Program-made: the position numbers and the translations under genes | The notes under the pieces: generated by a model | What the model saw: only the letters and a program-made list of their open reading frames with translations | Database searches by the model: none | What the model was told of the DNA's origin: nothing | From: Octopus sinensis | Lineage: Eukaryota | Assembly (NCBI RefSeq): GCF_006345805.1 | Contig: NC_043004.1 | Span: 67,022,001 to 67,086,000 of the forward strand | DNA length: 64,000 nucleotides | Direction of reading: 5' to 3' | Shown: positions 42,268-56,201 of the stretch, one piece after another | How positions within the stretch are numbered: position 1 is the first letter of the stretch | How the letters are laid out: each line of letters begins with the position of its first letter

Positions 42268-42315
42268 GCCTCTGATGTTGGGACGCCTTTTACATTCCTG
42301 AAACAGCTGTAAGAC
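42268..42315 (+). ncRNA. Decayed type I hammerhead
   Basis: GCCU CUGAUGU UGGGA..UCCU GAAA CAGCUG UA AGAC. Palindromic stem III; A9 substituted. Confidence 0.55.
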
Positions 42316-42394
42316 TACCTTTCTATCAAATTTCCTAGAAATATCAAACTGCTTTGACTTTTATTTTATTTAAAACATATCCGCATATATGTAT

Positions 42395-42431
<37 letters not shown>

Positions 42432-42588
42432 ATATATACATACATATATTTATATATATATATAAACATATATTTATATATCTATATATATATATATACA
42501 TATATTTATATATATATATATACATATATTTATATATGTGCATATATATACATATATAAATATATACATTTATATATATATGTGCATT

Positions 42589-42619
<31 letters not shown>

Positions 42620-42720
42620 TATATATTTCAACAATTGAGGGCAAATTAATTAATTATTAATCAATTTCACCAAGTGTTCAGTATGCAAAGGGACCATTCA
42701 AGGCGAATTCAAATTATTAC

Positions 42721-42909
42721 ATTATATAAAGGGGCTTAGTAAAATAAATTACTTTGCCGCATACTGAACTCATTAGAAATAGCAGCTAAAAAACTTTTTT
42801 AAAGCTATTTCTAATACTTAAGTATTAGAAATAGCTTTAAAAAAGTTTTTTAGCTGCTATTTCTAATGAGTTCAGTATGCGGCAAAGTAATTTATTTTAC
42901 TAAGCCCTT

Positions 42910-42919
<10 letters not shown>
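42721..42919. repeat. Near-perfect ~200-bp palindrome
   Basis: Centred on CTTAAG (42819/42820) with no spacer. Contains TAGAAATAGCAGCTAAA. Confidence 0.95.
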
Positions 42920-42971
<52 letters not shown>

Positions 42972-43120
42972 TTATATATATATATATTCATTATATATAT
43001 ATATATATAAACATATATGTATATATTTATTATATATATATATATATATACCATATATATATATATATTTATATATATATATGTATATTTATATATATAT
43101 ATATATATAATATGTATATT

Positions 43121-43167
<47 letters not shown>

Positions 43168-43263
43168 CATATATATGTATACATTTATATATATATGTAC
43201 ATTTATATATATATATATATATAAATAAATATATGTATATGTACATTACATATATATGCATAT

Positions 43264-43323
<60 letters not shown>

Positions 43324-45282
43324 TTATGTATGTATGTAGTAGGTATGTAGAGAGAGATAATTGTCTAAGAAATCATATAAGGGAAAACATTCACTTGTGT
43401 ATTTGTAGAAAATGGTATATTAGTCAAATTTAACATTTACATATATCTATTAGGCGGTTTTAAGAATCAGGTTTCGCACTGGTTATGAACCCAGATATTG
43501 GAAATGGCTTAATGTTGATTCAAACCAAATGGTAAGATTGCTCGTAATAGTTATATAAATAAAAAAGAAAGATGAAAGCATACAAAAAGAAGACACGTCA
43601 ATTAGATGTACACCGTGACTATATAAAAGACTAACGCTCAGTGAAATATCTTCAGGTAAATATAGGAGCATGGGAGTGGAATCGACGTTTCTACCGTGGT
43701 TCTTCTTCATAACAAAAAGGACGCATTCAGGGAGGAAAATGGTGGAAGGGAGCTGATAGTCCAAGAAGGTTTATGGATATAAGGCCGAAAAATACTACAC
43801 ACATACGCGCGCATATATTTAACTATATATATACATGAATTGATAGAGATTGACATGTGTCCGTCAGTATATATTTATATATAAAATATATGTATATATG
43901 TATATGACCACATGCATATATATATATATACATACATATACATGTACACACATTTACACACACGTGTGTGTGTTGATAGAGAGACAGAGAGCAAGAGAGA
44001 GAGAGAGAGTGTGTGTGTGTGTATCTGTGTCTTTAGTATGCATGAACATTATAAGACAGGCATATTGCCCTTTGCTTAAGCGTCAAACATTATTTAAACA
44101 ATCAAGGCTGTGAATATTACCTTTCCTACGAGATATCTCGGGTAAACGTGGTCCAACAACGAGCAGGTGTGTGACAGCCTCTATTGGAATGAGTGAAGGA
44201 ACTCGAAGAAGAAAATTGGGTATGGTATTTTCGTATGTATATACAGGTATAATACATATACACATACACGCGCGCTCACGCGTACGCACACACACGCATA
44301 CACATACACACTCATATACACATATGCCAATGGACTTTAATCTTATATACTCGTTAGCAATGTATCATGTAGAAACTTTTACGTTCTGTGTGATTTGGAA
44401 ACATATTTACTCCATTTTTATATATCAATAGCCACAATTTATTTTTCAATATTTCTTCTTATTTCTTAGCACCCAATTATATCGATTTGCACATACAAGT
44501 TATAAGTTCGCTTCAATTTTATACAAATTATGACAGCATAATAAAGTACTACATCTAGGTCTTTCAAATACCTATTGCTTCCTCATTCACGCGAGTTTCT
44601 ACCGAAGTACATACGCACTCACAATCACATACATATTTCTTTGGAGCCATAATGAATATTGGATAGATTTAAGGACACAGAATAAAATTAACTGTCTGCT
44701 ACAAAAGTAAAGCTCTGTGGATTTATAAATTCCTTTATCTTGTCTCTATAGTTTTTTCCCCTAGAAATTGCTGTAACATTTTAAAATCAATACACATATC
44801 TGTTTGACGAGACAGGGAGCCATAAAAAAGAGAGGAATGTATGTTGGTAGCTATATGGAAATTTCGATAAGATACTCTCTACACTAGAAGTCGTAAAGTA
44901 CTAACATAACATTTGCTACGCGAATCTAGTTTAGCTAATTTTATTATATCGAAAATTTGCCTTCTGAAAAAGGCATGAAAAGCAATGTATCTCGCTTAAA
45001 TATCAGAGAAAAATCGAATATCTGAAGTCTTTGCAATGTTCTATGTTGTCTACGTTGAATTAATTTAACATCAATCAAAATATGAGTTGTACGGAAAATT
45101 TACTAAGCAAAAAGAAAAAAATTGATAAATTTGTTTGATATGTATACAGACAGTACATTTACACACACGCACACACACACACAAACATACGTACATAGAT
45201 ACATATATACATACATACATACATACATACATACATACATACATACATAAACACATACATAAGTACATGCATACATACAAAC

Positions 45283-45833
45283 ATGGTGGCTGCCCCCTCG
45301 TTATCGAGTATGGCCATTGCAGGAAGCTTAATCAATGTTGTTTTCGTGCAATGCCTGCGCAAGAAGATTTTTTTTAAGTGAGGAAAGGCTGTGCACTGAG
45401 TCAATCCCACTCACTAAGCAACAGCAGCCATAATCCGAAAAGAAGAACAAGTCAAAATCATCGGTAACCACTGAGCCGCATATTTTATGTCGGAGTTATC
45501 CCACTTACCTGAGTTACCTTCTCCTAGGAGGATGCCCTAACAAAGACTAGGAGTCCTCCACTCGCAATGGTTAAACCGCGCGATCGGGTATTCATTCCGA
45601 TTATTTCTGTGTCCGAGCATGATACAACCTTAAGACATTTATTAGATGGCCGTTGACTTTCAAGAGTTCTTCCGCACTTTGACAGGTTTTGTTTTTCATC
45701 CTGCAGGGTGTCCAATAAACACCCTCCTCACCAAGCAAGCTTTGTGGGGTTGCCGGTTTAGTCTCCGGTGACACGACCATGCAACAGGTTGTACTGGGTT
45801 ACATGTTACCAGTAGCACTCGAAAGTGACCTGA
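45283..45833 (-). mobile_element. Probable non-autonomous RTE-derived element
   Basis: Minus strand CTAGGAGAAGGTAACTC resembles RTE 5' UTR motifs and the opposite end resembles RTE 3' ends (recalled, not searched). No RT coding. Embedded in (CATA)n. Confidence 0.45.
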
Positions 45834-45859
45834 CATACATACATACATACATACATACA

Positions 45860-45920
<61 letters not shown>

Positions 45921-45922
<2 letters not shown>

Positions 45923-46884
45923 GAAAGAAGGTATGAAAATGCAATTTAAAAGATGTTTATTTACCTTACCGGTTTCACTCTTTGGAAAAAGTTGTCAAAA
46001 GTAACATGTACAAGTTTGATTGCGTTAATTATTGGTTGTTGCAAATTGCTACATTACATGTGTATGTGTGTATATATGTATGCATTATGTGTATGTGTTT
46101 ATATGTGTATATATGTATATATATGTGTATTGTATATATATATATATATGTATGCATTGTATATGTGTATATGTGAATGCATTGTGTGTGTATGTTTGTG
46201 GTATGTATATGTATGTGTACGTTATATGTATGTATATGATGTGTGTGTGTGCATTATATATATATATATATATATATCTATATATGTGTGTGTGTGCATT
46301 ATATGTATGTGTATTGTGTATATATATGTGTATATATGCATTGTATATATGTATATTGTATGTGTGTTGTATATATATGTATACATGTATATACATTATA
46401 TGTATATATATGCATACATTATGTATGTGCATGTTGTGTGTATGTATGTTGTGTGTGTATGTTGTGTGTGTATATTATGTGTATATGTGTGTTGTATGTG
46501 TGTGTGTGTGTGATGTGTGTATGTGTGGTGTGTATATGTATGATGTGTATATATATATAATTTATATATATATATATGTATATGTAGTGTGTGTGTATGG
46601 CCCGCACATACGCGTAGACACATGTATGCATGTATATACACACACAAAGACGCGTGCACCCACACTGTGTGTACGCACACACACAAGCACATACTCAATA
46701 CCAACACACGCAAGACACATATACATGCATGCCGCACGGACACACATGCCCCCCCACACACACACACAAACATATATATACATATATATGCACACACACA
46801 AGGACACACACACACTCACACCAATCTCACCTCCATACAGATACACATATACACACGAAGCAACATGCTAAATGCCATCCACAC

Positions 46885-46919
<35 letters not shown>

Positions 46920-47725
46920 CAACACCAAGACAACCACACACGCGGTTGACAAACGGACACACCATCCTTCCAGATCTTACAGACACACAGACACATCTAT
47001 TCACACCACATATGTATGTATGCACGCACACTCATACTCACACAAAGACACATACACTCACCCCACCCTGACCCCAAAATCATTGATGCTTGAAGGAGAG
47101 ACAAAAAAGAAAAAAGGGTACATTCTTTTCAGTTCCACATTTCTCCTCCTAAAATGGACAGGTCAGTTTTAGCTTCACCACTATTATAATGTAAATCTTT
47201 TTGAACTCATAATATTCTGTGGGTGTATACTGAACTTTTTTAATAATTCCTCCTGGAAATTATCTTGAGATGTATAATATATTTGTTGTTATCTTTTGTG
47301 CCCATTATTTTTAACTTTAAGCTTGTTAAACTTTTTTATATTCTCAACATACTCTTGTCACCAAAGAATGTATATTTATATGGATTATAGTACTCTGTGC
47401 CAACTAATATTCTGTGCATGTTTGAATATACAGATACAATACCAATATCAATTCCTTCTGGAAATTATCTTAAGTATGTCTTGAGAACGATTATTTATGT
47501 AGTAATCTTTTGTGCCCAATATTTTAAGGAACTTGTTGAACATTTTTATGTCTTTAACATGTCCCTGTTACCAAAGACTGTATATATGTAATGTAGCAAT
47601 TTGCAACAACCAATAATTAACGCAACCAAACTTCTACATGTTACTTTTGACAATCTTTTTCCAAAGAGTGAAACCGGTAAAGAAAATAAACATCTTTTAA
47701 ATTGCATTTTCAAACCTTCTTTCGT
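45921..47725. repeat. Inverted repeat with ~140-bp arms (45921-46059 and 47586-47725) enclosing strand-switching microsatellite
   Basis: Arms are reverse complements with few mismatches and contain the HHR 3' half GAAA CCGG UA. Confidence 0.9.
47210..47586 (+). repeat. Diverged tandem duplication (~195-bp unit, two copies)
   Basis: TAATATTCTGTG, AATTCCT.CTGGAAATTATCTT, ATCTTTTGTGCCCA and ACCAAAGA.TGTATAT each occur twice in the same order. Confidence 0.8.
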
Positions 47726-47784
47726 ATATAATTCCACTCGTGCGGTACCCCACAACTCCACTTTGTTATATATGTATATATATA

Positions 47785-48059
47785 TCATCACAATCAAGGA
47801 ACGGCCATAATAGGCCATTCACCCACTAGAAATAACAGCCAAAAGCTTTAACCGCAAAATAACATCAATTCCGTAAACCAGGAGAAAATTAAAAAACATT
47901 TACCCTGTAATTTCTTATACGATGCACCGTTTCATCTACTGTTTAATGGTAAACTAACCTGATTAAATTAAATCAAGCCAATCTACCATAGGCCCTTAGA
48001 TTCATCAGTAAGAAATAGCCAAGTCGGAACAGATATTTTTCACGAGGCATTCCCGTCCC
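47785..48059 (-). mobile_element. ~275-bp HHR-bearing PLE/retrozyme-like element between (TA)n tracts
   Basis: HHR 47910-48016 and subterminal motif 47827-47843. No coding capacity recognised. Confidence 0.7.
47910..48016 (-). ncRNA. Type I hammerhead ribozyme, intact, with long stem II extension
   Basis: Minus strand AUUUCUUA CUGAUGA AUCUA..UAGAU GAAA CGGUGCAUCG UA UAAGAAAU. 8-bp stem I, 5-bp stem II plus a 19-bp hairpin, GUA triplet. Confidence 0.9.
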
Positions 48060-48341
48060 ATATATATATATATATATATGTATGTATATATACATACATA
48101 TATATAAGATCCAGTGATCGAGGTGTGGGAATAGAGTTAGCTTCAAGCAATCCGTAGCAAATATAAAAAGAATTTTCAGAGACAAAATTGCTCTATTGAG
48201 ACGGAAGATTGTGGATTATTTTTTTCGTATCGGAGTACGATAAACCGAATAAATCTCTTTTTTGTATTTCATCGTAAACGACCGGAGTTGCCGGGTTTGC
48301 GAATAAGAATACAAGAGTTAAAGAGGGGAATAAACAAAATT

Positions 48342-48578
48342 CCGGCTACATATGTTTCATAGTGATAAATATCCAAGAGAAATGTATACCACAGACTAAT
48401 CTTCAGGATATCTTTAAATGAAAGTCTACATGTTCGGAAGCTGGTACATGTTAATACATGGGAGATTCAATCAGAATGTGATTCGTCTTGAATTCTGATC
48501 GAATCTTCCATGTGTAAACATGTACCTCCTTGCGACAATGTAAACTTTCATTTAACCAAGATATCCTTGGCGTGAAGA
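48342..48578 (-). mobile_element. PLE-like fold-back with HHR core (48347-48406)
   Basis: Minus strand CUGAAGA U UAGU..ACUA U GAAA CAUAUG UA GCCGG. Imperfect inverted arms at about 48400-48477 and 48492-48578. Confidence 0.65.
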
Positions 48579-48737
48579 GGAGCCCGTCATTTACACTCGC
48601 TTAGATATTTACCACTTCAAGTGGTAAATATATATATATGTTACATATATATATGTATATATTATATATATATAGATATATATATATATATATATATAAT
48701 ATATATATATATATATAATATATATATATATATAATA

Positions 48738-48787
<50 letters not shown>

Positions 48788-50685
48788 ATTATACATATAT
48801 ATACATATATATATGTGTCGCGTGTATATATATATATATTATATATATATATATATATTATATATATGCATGTATGTATGTATGTATGTATGTATGTGTG
48901 TTATTCTTATACAATATGCTGTTGAAAGTGACTTCGACGTTTCAGTAAGCTGAGTCACCGTCAGACCCATCAGACTAGTCTAAAATTCTTTTCATTATAA
49001 CTGAACATATAAATAAACATTAATACACACACACACACATATATATGCAGTGGTTGTGTGTATGCGTGTATGTGGTGAGGAAAATGTGACTATACCATAT
49101 ATACGTAGGTAATGTATGCTGCTACTATATAATACACAATATTTTAACGTATGGCCTGATGATGCATAAAGATTTTAAAACAATTTTTTAAGTGTATTTT
49201 TACTAGTTGGAATCATAATATCAGCCTACTCATGTGCAACAACTATGCCTCTCATTGATTTCTGTAGAATTGGAACTCTTTTTGTAGAAACTAATCTCAA
49301 GTTGAGAAACGCATCAAAACGGTCATCCGATATATTCTGGGCATGAGATAGATTCGAAATTAAGTAAAATGCATGTTATTTTTCTTTACAGAAGAAAGAC
49401 TGTTATATTTTAACATAATTTTTGCTCCTTATTTTCCGTTTTTATTCTTTTGTTATTACATAAACTTCTGTAACTTAGAATAAATGAACATCGATTAGTT
49501 GTAGAAAGAGAGAATTATGAATGATAGATGCACAGACGATATTTTTGAAATTTGATATAGATATAACTTTACACAAACATTATCAAATTTACTGTCATAA
49601 AAACGTATTTAGGTACAACACCCTATGAAATGCTTGATGGTTATTTAATAATTTGTACCAGACCAATTGAAGCTCATGATTTCATGCATTTTATCTATAT
49701 CGACATATTCCTAGATAGGATATCGAGCCATTATGAACAGTGCTGTCGAGCTTGACATTTAGGGAACTGAATCTCACTTGGCCAAGATAATTCACACTTT
49801 ATAAAGAATCTTTCGTTTTCGTTTTATTGTACACGTAGATAATAAAATACACGTTGACAAACGTTATATGATGGTCTTCTCCAGTAAAAGCAATTGTTTT
49901 TTGGAATAGGGATTCAATTATGTAATAAGCGAGGGGATAACTCAGATGAACTGAGCTCAGTTTTGTATTTACGAGCGTATTACATTCTCAACAGTGTTGT
50001 AAAAGAGCTAAAAAGCAACAAACAAGACTTCAGGGAAATAAAGACAATGTTTCTTGCCAATAAAGTCCGTGTTGCTTGCAACGGCAAGATTTCATATTAT
50101 TCGACATTTCATCGAAACATATTTTACTCAGGTGTCAAACATTTTTAGGTTTTGTTACTCAAATAACAATGACAGTTGTGCCGACAAGTCATTTTTCGTT
50201 CAAAATTTGCTGGCCTGCATTAGAAACAATTATAGTGAAATTCAGAAAGTCACTATTGTAAAACTGGCCATTAACAGTTGTTAAGAATCCAAGCTCAAGG
50301 CCAGCAGTGTTGAATGAAGCGAGTTATTCCCGTTAATCGAACCTCGTACATTATATTGAACCTAAAAGCAAAAATACATTATGTGATTGCAGCGGCCTGA
50401 TTAGTGTGTCAATATAAACAATAGAGTATCATTTTATAATACAGAAGAATGTATTATCGATTACCAAAGAAGAACTCGGAAACGTATTTTAAATAACTGG
50501 AACTTGTATTTTACTTGCAAGTACACGAGGCGTGCAGAAGCACGCACACAAAGACACAGGGACACTTACACAAACCTCCACACATATATAGTCGCAATTG
50601 TGATTGAATGTATGTTTGCATATACATACATACATACACACACACACATACACACACGCACACACACACAACACACACACACACA

Positions 50686-50732
<47 letters not shown>

Positions 50733-52315
50733 GACATATACGCACAAATATTAATCTGCCTTTATGTGCGTATGTTTATGTATGCAGATATTTATCTATA
50801 AACGCCAATAAACAACTTATATGGGTACTATATACCGATATGTTTACATATATATATGCCATATATATACATGCGCATGTCTATGTATATTTAAATGTGT
50901 ACATGAAGTGTACTTTCACTTTCACAAACGCAGTTTTGTGTATCCTTTCAAAGTCGTGTGCGAATATATTATTTTTGAATTATTCATTAAATATGACATT
51001 TGTAACTCTAATAACACAAACTTTACACAAATGGTTGCAAAGGCAATTTAAATCATCACTTACTATATTAAATCTTCTAAAGTTATATATTTAAATCTTC
51101 TCAAGTCATATATTTCCAGAGTATTTTTTAATTTGTTTCGCATTTATTGTTTTTTTTTTCCTTTCTGTCTATCTGCTATAAAGGAGCAGAGAATATTACA
51201 TACGTTATCTGCGAATTTCTATATATACTAACAGTTGAATTACAATCTCTTCCTTCTTTATCACTCCCATTTATTCTACCTCTTCATCTCTATATTAAAC
51301 GATTTTGTTTGCATATGAACATACAAGCATTATATACATACATACATATATATACAAATGTATATTATAAATATATATATGTAAACATATATATGGGTAT
51401 GAATAAAGTTTAAATATTTATACATAGTGTGTTCATATATATGCATATTTATACAAGCAAACATATATATCTATATGTACAAACATATGTATGTGTAGCT
51501 TGCTTGGGTGTGTATGTCTCAATGTGTTCTATATTTTCTGATATTTTAAGAGTAGGAGTGACAAAGAAAAATCTATTTAATTCATTTGCTTTTTCTTTTC
51601 TTTTTCAATATTTTCATTTCCATTACACAATTATTGAAATTCTTGGAGAATCAAATGTTTTGCTTGAAAGGAATCACTTTGATATCATAAATCAAAATAT
51701 TTAATCAAAGTTTTATATTGAGATTGACGGTTTAATAATATCAACTTTATGGGTGTGTATACTTACAAGTTTATTAATTTATCCCTTTTATCAAAAATTT
51801 ATGTTATAATGTTTTCCTTTAATTTTCATCTGTTATACATTTTTCAAATATTTAACACAAATGAAGAAATAACAACATTCAAATATTTGGTGAAATACCT
51901 GTGCCAGAACAGAATTCTTGCAATGTTACACAAAGCATGGAAAAAATATGGTGTTAATTATTCGAAAAACAGAATTCTTATCAGTTTGGCATGTCTATTG
52001 CTATATGGAGATTGTTTTAAATAAATCTATGGATGCAAAATAGCAAGCATTTAATTCATAATATGCATGGAAGTTACACTAGAATGAAACCAAATATTGA
52101 ATTGTTTCTTCATTTAGTTCACATACTATATTAAAGAAGGATTATGAATTATTTATACTCTAAATATATTCCACGTCGAATATGCACATACATATAATTG
52201 CATATATATGTATGTGTGTATTGTTTATGTATGTATATACATATAGGTATACAGCTATATATATATGCATGAGAGTGTACGTGTATGCGTATGTACGTAT
52301 GTATGTATACATATA

Positions 52316-53030
52316 CATGGTGTCCAGATTAAATTTAATGATTTTGTGTGTCTTTTTCTCTCCTTCTTTTTCGGGAATAGTTTAAACTGTCATTGGCTTT
52401 GGAGAGCAGAAAAGTTACCTGACATGGCGGACTGGACCAGAGATACAGGTATGATGCTGATTCTCGCTGGATATCAAAATGCAGATATCATGACTGCTAC
52501 TCAATATTTTGTGAACACTGTAAAGGATGGTAGCTGCAAGGGAGATGACAAAGTTATGGCCAGGAGGAAGGGTAACAGCAAGCTATCTGACAGTTTCCAT
52601 ACGCAGCAACCCTACGTTTGGAACACTCGTTAGGTTAAATTCCGACGCCTACGAAAAAACTGCTGGAGATTTTGGTCAAAAATCTAACCGGAGAGGGTTG
52701 CTGCTGGAAGGCCACATATGTGTAAGCTGCATTCGACATCTTACCATTTCTCCAGAACGAGTTAAAAATGCTCGTCGATGAATTACTACCGATTCATCAG
52801 CCTCGATTTCTCCCCTGATTCTAATGTCAGAAGATTAGTATGCGTGGAGTGTTGTTGCGAAACGCAGAGACCACTATGCCTGCAACACCCATGCCGAGAT
52901 ACTGGCCTAGTTGGAGAAGGATTTCTAGGATCCCCCAGACACGCAGTGAAAAGCACATGCGCCAATTTCAGGTGCAGTCTTATGGCCGCGCAGCAAACTT
53001 ATGCAGATAATCTGAGTAAAGTGTAATCAC
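52316..53030 (+). mobile_element. Highly decayed Tc1/mariner-superfamily element
   Basis: TA|CATGGTGTCCAG start; remnants SPDSN..YAWSVV and LGSPRHAVKSTCANFRCSLMA resemble the SPDLNP.DY..W catalytic region and C-terminus. Confidence 0.5.
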
Positions 53031-53059
53031 CCACAAAGAATGTAGTTGATAGTTTTGTA

Positions 53060-53207
53060 TTATTGAGTTCAAATTCTGCTGAGATCAAGTCTGTCTTTCA
53101 TTCACTTGGGATCGATAAATTAAGTACCAGTTTCGTACTGTGGTCTAATCGACTGGCCCGCCTTTCCCAAAATTTCGTGCCTTGTGCCCAGAGTAGAAAA
53201 GGATATT
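53060..53207 (+). mobile_element. SINE family A, partial
   Basis: TGAGTTCAAATTC..CTTTCAT..TCGATAAATTAAGTACCAGTTTCG.ACTG matches 5105-5200. Confidence 0.7.
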
Positions 53208-53540
53208 TTTTGTATTATTTTAAAAGCTTTCATTTTTAGTTGGCATATCTTATATCCTTTCCTTTCAGAACAGCCTGTGCACGCACACACACGTACACAC
53301 ACACACTCTCACACACACACACGCAAACACACACACATATCTGTGTATGTATATTGTGTATTATATATATAAATATAACCACACACATGCATATATTCAT
53401 ATATATAAACACATAATACATTTATACATATATACACACAAACATATATACATATACAGGGTAATTATATATATCATTTCGCGCCATTCCTTGTGAATTA
53501 CCCTGTATATGTATATATGTTTGTATGTATATATATATAA

Positions 53541-53576
<36 letters not shown>

Positions 53577-53692
53577 AAATTTCAATGAGAAGGACTCAGA
53601 GAGATATAAGCAATATGATATATATATATATATATATATATATAAACAAATTTCAATGAGAAGGACCCAGAGAGATATAAGCAATATGATAT

Positions 53693-53748
<56 letters not shown>

Positions 53749-54732
53749 AAGGTATGTATTTTGTCAGTGCATGGGCAGGCTACGATGTAGTAGTAGTAAA
53801 ATTCGACGGGAAGCCATTGACAAGTGAGATAACACGTATCAGACCTCCTTAAATGAATGATCGACATTAAGGTTCCTTCATCTTTGTGACTTGTCAATAC
53901 TGCATACCTGAAACGAGTCCAGACGCAAGCCAAATCGTCTTCTATGACTAAATGCAAAATGGAATAAGAATCATCTGCTGGTATGTCCCAAACTTTCATA
54001 ACACAGAAACAATTAATATATGAATGAGAAGATACATAAAATACACAAATTAAGTGCTCTATCATTTCGTGGACATGCTGTGATTGTAGGCTTAATAGAT
54101 GATATACACACAAATTCGCCTGTTAAAACATATGGTCTCTTTTGAAACATTAATATCTATCATTCCTTTAACGGGACTTGATGCGAGTTATTTCGTTTAT
54201 CTATGACTTCCAGGTAAATATCGTAAATATATGTCAATATATGAGAGAATAACGTAAATATACATGAAAATATCATATGTATACATATATATGTCTGTAC
54301 CAGTAAGTGTGTATGTGTGTGTCTGTTTGTGTGTGTGTGTGTATATAAACAGTATTATCTGAAATATATTATTCGAAACTTCATATCTTTATAATTGTTT
54401 CATCATAATCACAGACCTGTGATTACATCCACATATTATACGGACCACAGAACTCTGCCGTGGCACTGGGGTTGACAAGGTCTCGCTTTGGACGTATCCT
54501 TCTATATGCAGTAAATTCGTGCAGATATATGAAATAACATAATGCAAAATAATGCACAAAATTTGCGCAATAAAACTAGATGTGTCAGCTTCTTTTAAAA
54601 AGCAGAGTTAATCTGTTTCTAACCAAACACACACTCTTGTATGCACTCACACAGATAAATACATATGGTCATATGCATATATCTGTATTTACATAGAAAC
54701 ACACACATGTAAAATATATGTGGACACATATC

Positions 54733-54786
<54 letters not shown>

Positions 54787-54847
54787 CATGCACACAACAC
54801 ACATATATACAAATGTACATACAAACAGAAACACATACACACAATAT

Positions 54848-54901
<54 letters not shown>

Positions 54902-55593
54902 GCATATATACTTACACTGATCCTTCAACAAAGTACTTATTTTCTTTTTCTACAGTCTGAGAAACCGAGAGAATTGCTGCTGCATTATCGAATATGCGGG
55001 GATCAAACTATAGATAAGTAGTTAGTACGTGCACAACAAGTTCAAAGTACCATGCACTGTTCCATACTTAAGACAACAGCACTATACGTTAATGGATAAA
55101 ACAAGATGCAACATAATCCTGTCTGAGAAATATAGTATTTGTAAATACATAAAAGAGACACGTCATGTAGTAACGCTGCATGGGAATCCTACCTTAAGTA
55201 CATATCACTAATGCTTTTAAAGTATTTCTCATGAAATTATACACAGAATACCAAATCATTGTAACGGAATCCATAGATTGTCGTTTTTATTATTTCCCTG
55301 TTTTCTTTGCCTCTTTTCTTTTATCTTTTACCATTTACTGTTTCAGTCATTACACTGCAGGCACTGTCTTCAAGCAACTTAGTGGAAAGAATCCCCCCTT
55401 TCAAGTTATATGTTTCTAGGTTTGCCATTAATTTAATTCGTCCCTTTTGCCATGCTGCTAAACTCGGAGATGTAAACATACAAACACTGTTGTCAATCTG
55501 TAGTGGAGCACGATGAGTGACACAAAGACGCACACATGCACACATCAATAAGCCAGGACGTATTATTATACCATTATTTATGCTCCAACTTGC

Positions 55594-55671
<78 letters not shown>

Positions 55672-56201
55672 ATAAATAAGGACGAAAAGAAAAAAAAGCT
55701 TCTCTGCCAATATGCTGGTATATAGACGCTAGTCACTAGATATATTTTCACGTATAATTTTTTCCTTTTGCCCTCATTTATAGTTGTGTTTATAATTTTC
55801 ACCTTAAAATGTATCTTTCATATGCTGGCCACTGATTTTAATAAAATGTTACCGTTATATTAGAAGTATAATACACACACTTATATGGAAATGAGCTATT
55901 TTCAGTTACCCTCAACCAAATCCACAAAAAAAAGGTTTCAGGTGGTGCGTGGCTGAGCAAAAGACAATTTCTGAAGGTGACAATCAATGGGACTGAAACT
56001 TTTTACCACACAGCCACGCCTTTAACTTTTGTAGAAGTTCTTGTATACATACATACATACATACATACATACATACATACATACATACATACATGCATAC
56101 ATGCATACATTCATACATACATACATACATACATACATACATACATACATACATACATACATACATACACACACAGACACATGCCTACATACTTATGCGC
56201 A

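Noticed and set aside
43678-43713. Minus-strand AUGAAGA..GAAACGUC
   Set aside because: C3 altered and stem I weak; could be chance or a very old relic.
48929-48980. Minus-strand CUGAUGG/CUGACGG...GAAACGUC
   Set aside because: A9 altered and stems ambiguous; possibly a relic but unsupported.
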